Shown here piece by piece: positions 38,233 through 46,918 of a stretch of DNA of 64,000 nucleotides. How positions within the stretch are numbered: position 1 is the first letter of the stretch; each line of letters starts with the position of its first letter. The DNA is from a virus. The position numbers and the translations under genes were made by a program. The notes beneath the pieces were generated by a model that had not been told where the DNA came from, did not search any database, and worked only from the letters and a program-made list of their open reading frames with translations. The DNA is taken from IMG/VR virus record IMGVR_UViG_3300032159_000001; one strand, given 5' to 3'.

Positions 38233-38985
38233 TCAGCCCCCGATGCTGGTGGCGGGCGCGACGCCGGTGACCGGATCGGTCGTGACGATGCCGAGCTGCA
38301 GGGCCGGGATGGCTCCCACATCGGGTCCGACGTAGCCCATCTCGACGGCGATCCCGGTCAGCTCGTCGGCAGTCGCCGCCACCAGCGCATCGAAGGTGCC
38401 AGCCTCTTTTAACCGCTCGAACTTGAGGGTCCCGTCCGTCTTCGACTGCGCGATCCGGTATCGCAGGCCCGGGAAGAGCAGCTGAGCGGCCGACAGCACG
38501 ACGGCGCGTGTGGCGCGCACCTCGGCCAACGTGCCAGACGTCAGCGCCGCCTCCAGGCGATCCTTCCCTACGAGGCCCTCGAGGACCAAGCCGGCCGCGA
38601 AAAGATCAACCTCGTCGTCGCGCAGCTCGTCCTCGTTGATGCCGAGGTAGGCTCGGACATCGTCCGGCACGACGCTGTGCAGGGGCAGCTCGACGACGCG
38701 GTAGGCGAGGCGCTTCTGGTAGCCACAGCCTTCGGCCGTGAAGGTCACCACGACCTGCCGGCGCTCGAAGCTACGATCCAACGCGATGGTCTGGTGAATG
38801 GCGAGGATGGGGATAGAGACCCCGGTGGCGTCCGCCTCCGGGGCCAGAGCCTGAGCGATGGTCAGTGGGGCACCCGCGCCATCATACAGGCTGTACTTGA
38901 CCGAGCCGACGTCCGGGACCACCAGCCCCTGTGGCGCCTCGAAATCGACCCAGAGCGTCACGGGGGTTGAAGGTAGGACGTCCAC
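38233..38985 (-). CDS. Head-tail adaptor (positional)
   Basis: VVPDDVRAYLGINEDEL.D pattern typical of adaptors. Confidence 0.6.
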   Translation of the reverse strand: MDVLPSTPVTLWVDFEAPQGLVVPDVGSVKYSLYDGAGAPLTIAQALAPEADATGVSIPILAIHQTIALDRSFERRQVVVTFTAEGCGYQKRLAYRVVELPLHSVVPDDVRAYLGINEDELRDDEVDLFAAGLVLEGLVGKDRLEAALTSGTLAEVRATRAVVLSAAQLLFPGLRYRIAQSKTDGTLKFERLKEAGTFDALVAATADELTGIAVEMGYVGPDVGAIPALQLGIVTTDPVTGVAPATSIGG

Positions 38986-38988
38986 AGG

Positions 38989-39360
38989 TCACTCCTGCTT
39001 CGACGCTGCGGGGCTGGCCTGACGGCCCTTCTTCGGCGCGTTGTGCTCGACCTGCTTGGTCGAGGGCGGGACGGGCTTGCTCTCGGGCCGCCGGGCGCTC
39101 TCGGCGTCCACGGGGTAGCGATCCAGGAAGCTCGCGAGAGCCAGCTCCTCGTCACCATCGCTGGCAGCGAGCGTCTCCAGCCATTCCGCATCCGTCGCCT
39201 CGTCGTTGACCTGAGCGTGAACCTCGACCTTCCCGAGCGAGATGAACTCGGACCAGTGCAGGGACTTCTCGACCACGGTGATGCCGTCAGCACGGACCAG
39301 CTCCTCGCGGGCCGAGTTCATGAGCTGGAACGGGCCGTTGGTACTGACTAGGATCTTCAT
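38989..39360 (-). CDS. Hypothetical virion-block protein
   Basis: Directly after the capsid gene. Confidence 0.6.
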   Translation of the reverse strand: MKILVSTNGPFQLMNSAREELVRADGITVVEKSLHWSEFISLGKVEVHAQVNDEATDAEWLETLAASDGDEELALASFLDRYPVDAESARRPESKPVPPSTKQVEHNAPKKGRQASPAASKQE

Positions 39361-39432
39361 AGGTGCGACCCTCCGCGAAATAGTCCCGCCGCACACAACT
39401 GCGCGGCGGGTGCTCGAGACAGCGCCTACAAC

Positions 39433-40641
39433 TTACGCGTTGTAGTTGTAGATCTCGCGGGTGTCGCCGAAGACCAGGCGGAAGCCGGAGACCTCCGACT
39501 TGACGTAGGTGATCGACTGCTCCTGGATCGCGCGCTCGCTCTCGTTGATGAGCGAGCCCGCCTCCGTCAGCTGCTCCAGGGTCTCGGACCGGCGGATGCC
39601 GATGAGCTGTCCGGCCGGCGCCGTGGTGGAGAGCACGAAGTTGATCTGGCCGTTGAGCAGCGGCACACCACCGATGCGGAAGCCGGTCGCCGCGAGGTTC
39701 TCGGCGTCGGTCGTGGTCGCCGCGCCCGCGGTCGGCAGGGCGAACATGAACAGCCACTGGATGTAGCTGTCCCAGTTGCCGACGACCGTGTCGATCGGGA
39801 CACCGGCCTTGGCCCGCGACACGAGCCACTGCAGGAGGTGCAGGTAGGAGATCCGTCCGGCGGTCGCGTTCGGGACACCGGGCGTGCCGTTGAAGGACGA
39901 CTGGGTCTTGACGACGGCGGCCGGGTTGACGGTGTCGCCGTTGACGAGCAGCTCCGTGGCGAGGCCGACCTTCGACAGCTCCAGCTCACGCATCATGCGC
40001 GCCGCATAGGGCGTGAGCAGGTCGAGGCGGGAGCGCCGCTGGAACTCGTAGGAGGTCCGGTAGCCGCCGCCGATCTTGTACATCTTGACGCGCTTCTCGC
40101 TCGTCGAGATGGACCCGATGCGGAACCGGCCGAACTCGGTGACCGGCCCGATGACCTTGAAGTCGTCGGCGTTCTCGTCGTTGATGACCGTCGAGATCAT
40201 CTCCACGCCGTTGATGGTCCGGCTGGAGCCGACGAGCGAGGGCAGGGTCTCGTAGTCGACCTGGCGCGAGGTCGAACGGATGAGGTCGTCCACGACCTCC
40301 GGGAACAGCGCCCGGGTGCCGGGGCTGTACTGGAAGGTGTCCGAGGCGAGGTCGAGGGTGACGCCGCTGTCGAAGTCGTCGCCGATCGGCAGGTTGAGGA
40401 ACTTGAGCGCGGCCTCGTAGCCGTTCAGCTCCTCGTAGTTGTCGCGGTTCTCCGACTTCGTCGGGTCGATGGCGAGCCGCAGGTAGTCGCGCATCTCCAG
40501 GCCGTAGGAGCGGGCGCTGGAGATCAGCTGCTTGCCGGCCCGGATCGAGCCGTCCTCGTCGTTGCGCAGCGCCAGACCGGCCAGAAGGCCCTCAGGGGAC
40601 TGGCGAGCCGCGGCAAGCTCATGCAGGGGGCGGATGGTCAT
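39433..40641 (-). CDS. Major capsid protein
   Basis: 402 aa after decoration and scaffold genes; strong GAGGAG SD; strongly biased codons. Confidence 0.85.
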   Translation of the reverse strand: MTIRPLHELAAARQSPEGLLAGLALRNDEDGSIRAGKQLISSARSYGLEMRDYLRLAIDPTKSENRDNYEELNGYEAALKFLNLPIGDDFDSGVTLDLASDTFQYSPGTRALFPEVVDDLIRSTSRQVDYETLPSLVGSSRTINGVEMISTVINDENADDFKVIGPVTEFGRFRIGSISTSEKRVKMYKIGGGYRTSYEFQRRSRLDLLTPYAARMMRELELSKVGLATELLVNGDTVNPAAVVKTQSSFNGTPGVPNATAGRISYLHLLQWLVSRAKAGVPIDTVVGNWDSYIQWLFMFALPTAGAATTTDAENLAATGFRIGGVPLLNGQINFVLSTTAPAGQLIGIRRSETLEQLTEAGSLINESERAIQEQSITYVKSEVSGFRLVFGDTREIYNYNA

Positions 40642-40667
40642 TGTCCCGTACTCCTCGGGCTGTTCTT

Positions 40668-40682
40668 GGTACGGAACGTACC
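40668..40682. promoter_or_regulatory. Motif A upstream of the major capsid gene
   Basis: GGTACG-GAA-CGTACC. Confidence 0.8.
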
Positions 40683-40742
40683 ACTAGGGTTGAACACAGT
40701 TGTTGCGTTGGGCCGACCGAGTAACGACCCGGTCGGTATTGA

Positions 40743-41159
40743 TCAGAGCTTGACGATGGACGCGTACTTCACGCCCTTGATCGTCAGAACCTCGGCGACG
40801 AAGACGCCGGGGCTGTTGCCCGCGACACCCTTCTTCACGAAGCCGTTACCGGCGCCGACCACGGGATCGCCCTGAGCGAGGGTGTCGTTGGCGAGGATCG
40901 GGACCAGCTCGGAGAACCGGAACTGGGCGGTGATCATGCCGCGATCCTCGTAGACGTCGATGCGAGCCACGCTGCCGTGGATCTGGGCACCGTCCGTCAG
41001 GAGCTTCATCCCGCAGGGGACCGCCGGGTCCGGCTCCACGAGGCGGCCCAGAACGTCGGTCTTGCTGATGCCGTTGGGCAGCGTGAAGACCATCGTGCGG
41101 TTGAAGGGCTCGTTCTTGATCGAGTGGACGTGAACGGTCTTGTGGAAGGGGGCGGACAT
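40743..41159 (-). CDS. Head decoration/cement protein
   Basis: 138 aa before the capsid; GDPVVGAGNGFVK. Confidence 0.7.
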   Translation of the reverse strand: MSAPFHKTVHVHSIKNEPFNRTMVFTLPNGISKTDVLGRLVEPDPAVPCGMKLLTDGAQIHGSVARIDVYEDRGMITAQFRFSELVPILANDTLAQGDPVVGAGNGFVKKGVAGNSPGVFVAEVLTIKGVKYASIVKL

Positions 41160-41208
41160 GGCCGTTGGCTCCTGTCAGATCGTGTTGCGGGGCGGCGGGA
41201 GCCGGCGC

Positions 41209-42429
41209 TTACGAGGCGCGCCGCTTGAAGCCGGCGTTGCTGTTGGAGCGGGCGGGCGCCGAGCCGAGCTGAGCGAGGCCGCCGGACAGCCGGGCGCCGA
41301 TCGCCTTGACGCCGTCGAGCGCCTCGCGAACCTGCGTCACGGCCTTGTCCGGGTCGGCATCGAGCGTCGCGCTCGTCTGGCCGAGCATGGTGAAGAGCGG
41401 GGCGACGAGCTTGCCGGGGAGGGCGAGCGCGGCGTCGAGCTTGGTCTGGAGGTCGGTCGCCTTGGCCTCGGCGGCGGTGAGCTTCGCGGCCTGGTCCGAG
41501 CCCTTCAGCTCGGTCAGCTCCGACTGCGCCGCGGTGAGCTGCGTCTGCAGCGCGTCGGCGCGCTCCTTCTCGGTCTTCGCCGCGGCCTCGGCGTTGGCCA
41601 GCTTGGTCGCGTTCTCGGCGATGATGCCGGCGAAATCCTTGGCGTCCATGTCGAATAGGTCCTTCTGCGGGTCGGTCTTGATCGGCGTCGGCGCCGCCGA
41701 CCCGGTGGAAAGCTCGAGGGTCAGCTGGGGGACCTCCTGCCCTGAGGCCGAGAGCTGAAGCCGGTTGCCCTTGATGCGGGCACCCTGCGCGCCGCCCTGG
41801 CCGACCAGACTCATCTCAAACCAGCTGTCCAGTTCGTCGACAATCACATGCGCCCCGTCGTGGCCCATGCGGTTGCCCTTGTCGTCGACACCGCCCCAGA
41901 TGTTCTCAATGTCAGCCTTCGGCCCCATGAAGTCGAAGCCGGTCTTGTTGGACTTCGCCGACTTGCCCAGGATCGCGACGCTCACCTGGTCGATGGTGCC
42001 CGAATTGACCTTCGCGATCAGATCCGAGTGGGTGTTGTCGATCCAGAACAGGGTCAGCAACTCGGTCGCGCCGTCGATCCCCGTTCCCTCGGAGATGTTG
42101 CCGGCGAAGACCCGCCCGATAGGGAGCTGATCTCCGTCCGAGCTGCCGTGCATGATCTGCAGCGGCCGGCTCTCCTTGGTCAGCTCGCCCAGCATCTGGG
42201 CGAGGAAATTCGTCGTGTGGACCGCACCCATGTAGACCGGGTGCTTCTTGCGGACGGGCGCCGTGGAAAGCGCCGCGGCCTCGAAAATCGCCACCTTCTC
42301 CGGGTCGACGTCCGGCGCCGCGGACTTGACGCGGGCCTTCAGTTCGTCGTTGAGGGTGAGCTGCTTCACAACAAGGGGTCCGTGTTGAGCTTGCAGCGAG
42401 ATAGGAATAACCGCCTTATGCTTCAACAC
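41209..42429 (-). CDS. Prohead protease/scaffold fusion
   Basis: N-terminal domain with LQIMH, VSV, EMSLV..G; C-terminal Ala/Lys/Glu coiled coil. Confidence 0.72.
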   Translation of the reverse strand: MLKHKAVIPISLQAQHGPLVVKQLTLNDELKARVKSAAPDVDPEKVAIFEAAALSTAPVRKKHPVYMGAVHTTNFLAQMLGELTKESRPLQIMHGSSDGDQLPIGRVFAGNISEGTGIDGATELLTLFWIDNTHSDLIAKVNSGTIDQVSVAILGKSAKSNKTGFDFMGPKADIENIWGGVDDKGNRMGHDGAHVIVDELDSWFEMSLVGQGGAQGARIKGNRLQLSASGQEVPQLTLELSTGSAAPTPIKTDPQKDLFDMDAKDFAGIIAENATKLANAEAAAKTEKERADALQTQLTAAQSELTELKGSDQAAKLTAAEAKATDLQTKLDAALALPGKLVAPLFTMLGQTSATLDADPDKAVTQVREALDGVKAIGARLSGGLAQLGSAPARSNSNAGFKRRAS

Positions 42430-42432
42430 GAC

Positions 42433-42475
42433 AGCAACGTACGTGCCCCTAACAATTAGGGGTCAGTACGTTGCT
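42433..42475. repeat. Long imperfect hairpin with motif D core at the portal/protease junction
   Basis: AGCAACGTAC-N3-CCCCTA-N5-TAGGGG-N3-GTACGTTGCT. Confidence 0.7.
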
Positions 42476-44030
42476 CCTCGATCATCTTGTAGGCTTGCCC
42501 GGTGAGACTTGCCATCGCCAGGCGTCGCGTCTGCCGGCGGTTGGCGGCCGTGGCGCGCGTGCGCGGCGGACTCGAGGCACGACCGACACTGTCCGTCTTC
42601 GGGCTGACGTCCTCGGGCTTCGCCTTGGTCGTGCCCGAGGTATCGCCGGCCGGCGCGCTCTCGATGGCCGACAAGAAACCGGTCCCTGAGAGCTGCGGAG
42701 CGCCCGGCGGCGGCAGTCGCTTGTAGACCCAGAGATGGTACTCGACGTCCGTGATGAGGCCGTCCGAGAGGTCCTGGCGCAGGCGCTGCGAGCGAAGCGT
42801 GAGCTGCGGCTCGAGTTCGGTCCATGGGCGCAGCTCGGCAGGATCGAACTCGACGCGAGCGAAGCCCTGGTAGCCGTCCTGGTGCAGGACGAAGGAGAAC
42901 ATCCGACCGTAGAAGTCGGCCAGGGGCTCGTTCAGCTGGTCGGCGTAGAGAGCGGCCAGGCGCGCCTCGACGGAGCCCGTGTTCACGCCCGAGCTGCCTC
43001 GACCTAGGATCGTGCTCATGGTCTTGAGTGCGGCCTGGTTCTGGGCGTTCAGCACCTCGATGATCGGCGTGATGTTGAGCGCCGTCCCCGGCGCCTTGTC
43101 ATTGAGCATCTTCAGCTCGACGGCATCCGAGTGGACGAGGCTCTGGTCTACCGCGATGTTGTCGAAGGCGGACTGGATCTCGCCGTAGCGCGCATTCAGC
43201 CAGTCCTGCTTCTCCTGCTCCCTGCCAGGCTGGCGATAGGTCGCCGGCATGTTCTTGGTCAGGATCTCCTCGAGCACCTTGATCTCGATGCGCGGATACC
43301 CGGTCGCGCGCATGATGCGGTAGAGGTCGTTGATGACCTGCTGTCGCGCGGCGATGGTGTTGATCGCCGAGACGAACGGGGAGACGGTGTAGATCGCGGT
43401 GGGATCGCGCCGATAGAACGCCACCATGAAGGCGGGCGTGTCGATCGGGACAGGATCCGAGACGCCGGGCACGACCTGGCCCGGCTTGTAGTCGCCGGGC
43501 TTCTTCTCGACCCAGCGGATGCCGGCCATGTCGACATTGCGAATATGGTCGGGTGTCCCGGCCTTATCGAAGACCAGCTCGCCCCCGATCGCGCCCCGCA
43601 TCAGGAGCATGTAGCGAAGCTCTTCAGCCTGACGGTAGATGCCCTGCCGAAGCTGAAAGCCGAGGGTATAGTCCGTCTGGTGAGAGAGCTTCGTCACGAG
43701 CTGCTGCAGCTCGCGGCTCTTCTCCTCGTCGACATTGCCGTCCAGATCCTCGGCGTAGACGATCATCTGGGTGTCGGCGAGCGTCAGGTAGCCGTTCACG
43801 GTCCCGGACATGTCCGGGTCGTTCTGCATCATCTTCTTGATGAGGCTCTGGCTGTTGTCCGCCAGACGGTCCTGAAAGAGATCGTCCTGGTGGTCACGGT
43901 ACTGCGGCAGCGTCAGGACCTGATCCGCGTTCTGCGGATTGTAGGTCGGCGTGTTCGCAGTACCGCCGGCACGCGCCTTCTTCTTGAAGGGTACGATCGC
44001 CAGCAGCTTCGATGCAAGATTGTCGGCCAC
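42456..44030 (-). CDS. Portal protein
   Basis: 524 aa between terminase and protease. Confidence 0.82.
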   Translation of the reverse strand: MADNLASKLLAIVPFKKKARAGGTANTPTYNPQNADQVLTLPQYRDHQDDLFQDRLADNSQSLIKKMMQNDPDMSGTVNGYLTLADTQMIVYAEDLDGNVDEEKSRELQQLVTKLSHQTDYTLGFQLRQGIYRQAEELRYMLLMRGAIGGELVFDKAGTPDHIRNVDMAGIRWVEKKPGDYKPGQVVPGVSDPVPIDTPAFMVAFYRRDPTAIYTVSPFVSAINTIAARQQVINDLYRIMRATGYPRIEIKVLEEILTKNMPATYRQPGREQEKQDWLNARYGEIQSAFDNIAVDQSLVHSDAVELKMLNDKAPGTALNITPIIEVLNAQNQAALKTMSTILGRGSSGVNTGSVEARLAALYADQLNEPLADFYGRMFSFVLHQDGYQGFARVEFDPAELRPWTELEPQLTLRSQRLRQDLSDGLITDVEYHLWVYKRLPPPGAPQLSGTGFLSAIESAPAGDTSGTTKAKPEDVSPKTDSVGRASSPPRTRATAANRRQTRRLAMASLTGQAYKMIEEQRTDP

Positions 44031-45742
44031 TAGCGTAGAACCCCGGCATGATCAGCGCCACGAAATATGGGTCGACCGACAGGCTGGAACAACCGTGAGC
44101 CGCCTCCTAAGAAAACAGAAGATCTTTGATCGGTCGAAAACTCGATGCCCGCACGCAGACGAACTGCCGTCTGCTGCAAAGCAGCGGCATGCAGAAAGTG
44201 ATCATCTCCATTGATCTTGTTCCAGACCGGAGGCTCGTCGGGAGCCTCGATGCGGATCATGTCACGGAAGTGGGTCTTCACGAGCGAGGCGAAAGGACCG
44301 TATCCGGCCAGCTGCCAGGTGCGGAGCCGGCACTGCTTCGCGACCAGATCGAGAGCCTGCGTCCGGTTGATGGTGTAGTGGGTGATCACCTCGAACTCGT
44401 CGACCTGCTCCTTCACCGCCGGCGCGACCTTGGACGTCGAGTAGGCCATAGGCATGATCACGCCGTTCGTGACGTCGCGGATCGCCTCGGCGGTCGGGGT
44501 ATAGGGGTACATGTCGATGCCCCCCTGGATGATGCCCAGCGTCTCCACGCGGCCCTTCACGAACTCGACGATGTCGTGCTGTGGAACCTGGTGGAACTCG
44601 AGGAGAGCGTTCGGCTTCCCGATGACGACGTGACAGGTCTGCCCGACGTCGCAGCCCAGGAAGAGGTCGCCCGATCCCAGCTCGCCGGCCTCGACCTGCC
44701 GAGGCGTCATGATGGCGATGAGGTCTTCCTCGCTGATCCGGGCGTTGCTGTCGTTGAAGGCCTCGCCGATGACGGTGTTGTGCCAGCCCTTCAGATTGTC
44801 CTTGCGCTGGTACTCCAGCAGCATGCGGAAGATGTAGGGGATCGTGATCGTGGTGATCGAGAAGGGCCGGACGCGATAGCCCCGGGCTCGCCGCGAAGGG
44901 AACTCCGGGATCCACTCGCGCCCGGGCGCGCCGAGATCGAGCGGCCGGGAGCACTTCTCGCAGCGGACGTAGGTGCCGTCCATGTCGATGGCATCGACCT
45001 GCTCCTGAGAGAGCTTCGAGAGATCCTCATGGTCTCCTCGCAGCCCCGGCAGGCAGAGGAACCGAGGATGGAAGATCGGCACCTGATGGTGCCCGCAGGC
45101 ACAGCGGATGAACCACTCGTGCTTGTCGGACGCCTGGTAGGCGGCGTCGATCCCGTAGCCGAGGTAGGTGGGCGTCGAGAAGCGCTGCGTGATCTTCCAG
45201 AGCGAGCCCTGGAGGCGCGACTGGAAGAGCGAGCGCATGGACTGGTCGGCCAGATCGACCTCGTCCTCCATGAGGATGTCGGCCGAGATTGAGGTCGCCT
45301 CGCCCTCGGTGGTGCCGGTGATGTACCCGAAGCTCTCGTCGACCTGATAAAGCCCCTTGTGACGCACGGGCTTGGCGACCATCGGCCCGTTGAAGATGGA
45401 CTCGCCATCGATCAGGGTCTTGATCCGGGTCTGCGATAGGCGGTCGCGCATTGGAAGCGTGGGCATCGAGAAGATGCCGGACGTTCCGACGTTGCGCTTC
45501 AGGAAGCCGAAGAACTTCCGCATCTGGACCTCGGTGAGGCCGATCTGCGAGAGCTTCATGCACGTCAGGTCGGGATGCATGTCGTCCACGATCTGACGCT
45601 GGAACTCGAACCCCTTGAAGCTGAACGGCCGCTGCCGGAGCTTGGTGTTCGATCCGATCCACTCCGACATCGACATGGTCGTGCTGTCGTCGGGAAAGCG
45701 CTCGTCGAGCCCCGCGATGAAGGTCGTCAGGTGCGGGTTCAC
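44030..45742 (-). CDS. terL: Terminase large subunit (lambda gpA-like family)
   Basis: FQRQI, KLSQIGLTE, Walker B EDEVD, FSTPT, Cys pairs, GCDVG nuclease Asp; GAGGAG SD plus GTG 45742. Confidence 0.9.
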   Translation of the reverse strand: MNPHLTTFIAGLDERFPDDSTTMSMSEWIGSNTKLRQRPFSFKGFEFQRQIVDDMHPDLTCMKLSQIGLTEVQMRKFFGFLKRNVGTSGIFSMPTLPMRDRLSQTRIKTLIDGESIFNGPMVAKPVRHKGLYQVDESFGYITGTTEGEATSISADILMEDEVDLADQSMRSLFQSRLQGSLWKITQRFSTPTYLGYGIDAAYQASDKHEWFIRCACGHHQVPIFHPRFLCLPGLRGDHEDLSKLSQEQVDAIDMDGTYVRCEKCSRPLDLGAPGREWIPEFPSRRARGYRVRPFSITTITIPYIFRMLLEYQRKDNLKGWHNTVIGEAFNDSNARISEEDLIAIMTPRQVEAGELGSGDLFLGCDVGQTCHVVIGKPNALLEFHQVPQHDIVEFVKGRVETLGIIQGGIDMYPYTPTAEAIRDVTNGVIMPMAYSTSKVAPAVKEQVDEFEVITHYTINRTQALDLVAKQCRLRTWQLAGYGPFASLVKTHFRDMIRIEAPDEPPVWNKINGDDHFLHAAALQQTAVRLRAGIEFSTDQRSSVFLGGGSRLFQPVGRPIFRGADHAGVLR

Positions 45743-46110
45743 GGCCGAAGGCTCTCCTCGGCCAGCTCTCGCTGGAAGGCCTCGAGCAGATGGTCGGGCG
45801 GCGCGCTTTCGCTCCACAAGGCCGGAGCGGGGGCCACAGAGGGCTCGAAGATCCAGGGGATCTCAGGGATCAGGAAGGCCTGGGCGAACTGCCCCGCGTC
45901 ACGCCGACGCCCGAACTGAAGGGCCTCGGGCGGCGGCGACCCGTCGAGACGAAAGACGAGGCGCAGGTGCTCACGCTGGACGCGGTCCCCATCCCCATCC
46001 CCGATGAAGGCCACGTAGTAGGCGTGATCCGGGTGCCGGATACGCCAGAGCGAAGCTGACCCCGCACGGTCCGTTTCGTACCTGCCGATTTCTCCATAAC
46101 GATCAGCCAT
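45739..46110 (-). CDS. Hypothetical protein upstream of terL
   Basis: Stop overlaps the terL start. Confidence 0.6.
   Translation of the reverse strand: MADRYGEIGRYETDRAGSASLWRIRHPDHAYYVAFIGDGDGDRVQREHLRLVFRLDGSPPPEALQFGRRRDAGQFAQAFLIPEIPWIFEPSVAPAPALWSESAPPDHLLEAFQRELAEESLRP
46068..46082. promoter_or_regulatory. Motif A (1 mismatch)
   Basis: GGTCCG-TTT-CGTACC. Confidence 0.55.
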
Positions 46111-46186
46111 TTACGCCCCCAAGCAGATCATCCGCAGCGCCGGTGGCACCCAAGATCATCGAACTAGATATTCGACCTTCTTAGGT

Positions 46187-46201
46187 ACATTGCTGCAATG
46201 T
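46187..46201. promoter_or_regulatory. Motif C palindrome
   Basis: ACATTGC-T-GCAATGT in the divergent region before the late block. Confidence 0.7.
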
Positions 46202-46273
46202 CCGTCTTCCGCTCGCCTTGGATTAAGACTACCGACCCACTATGTCAGCGAGCCCTCGGAGCGGACTTCGATC

Positions 46274-46777
46274 ATGACAGATAGGACCTATCCGGCCCTG
46301 CCAGAAGGCCTGGCCCTCAAGCTGCGGGCGATCGAACAGCTGATGGAGTTCGATCCGAACTACCTGACGTCCGACGAATGCCCCTACTCGACCGACCTGC
46401 AAGGCTACCTCCGGCGCCTCTTCACGCCGGCGCGCACGGGGCGCGAGGACAGCGCGGGTGACGTGTTCACGCCGGGGCAGGACGACAACGAGCAGGCGGA
46501 TAGCCTGATCCGCGAGATCCAGAACGCCATCAACTCCATGAAGCGACTGCAGCAAGACGTCGACAACAGCGACGATGTGGGAGACCGCCTTAACTTCCTG
46601 AAAAACTTCGGATCCTTGATGGATCGCTTCTTGTCTCTGAAAGAAAAGGCGCAGGGCATCAAGCAAATGTTCGAGTTCCAGCGCGTAGTCATCCAGACAA
46701 TGGAGCAGGTACTGGACAAAGACGGGCGCCTAGACTTCAAGAAACGATTAAAAGAGGCCAATCTTTCGCTATCTTGA
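46274..46777 (+). CDS. Helical hypothetical protein (possible terminase small subunit)
   Basis: Clean ORF with coiled-coil C-terminus; function is positional only. Confidence 0.6.
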   Translation: MTDRTYPALPEGLALKLRAIEQLMEFDPNYLTSDECPYSTDLQGYLRRLFTPARTGREDSAGDVFTPGQDDNEQADSLIREIQNAINSMKRLQQDVDNSDDVGDRLNFLKNFGSLMDRFLSLKEKAQGIKQMFEFQRVVIQTMEQVLDKDGRLDFKKRLKEANLSLS

Positions 46778-46793
46778 TTTGCCCTCTCACTTA

Positions 46794-46808
46794 GGTACGT
46801 TTCGTACC
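46794..46808. promoter_or_regulatory. Motif A upstream of the primase
   Basis: GGTACG-TTT-CGTACC. Confidence 0.8.
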
Positions 46809-46904
46809 ATGCGACATCAGATCCGTCAGTTCATTTGGCGCTCGATGGCTATGCTGAGTGCGTCCATAATTTGGGATGTACTTAAGCTCTTTATCAAAAT
46901 CTAA
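46809..46904 (+). CDS. Possible 31-aa hydrophobic peptide
   Basis: MRHQIRQFIWRSMAMLSASIIWDVLKLFIKI; ATG abuts motif A; below the ORF-track cutoff. Confidence 0.25.
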   Translation: MRHQIRQFIWRSMAMLSASIIWDVLKLFIKI

Positions 46905-46918
46905 GGGGTACCGCGTCT

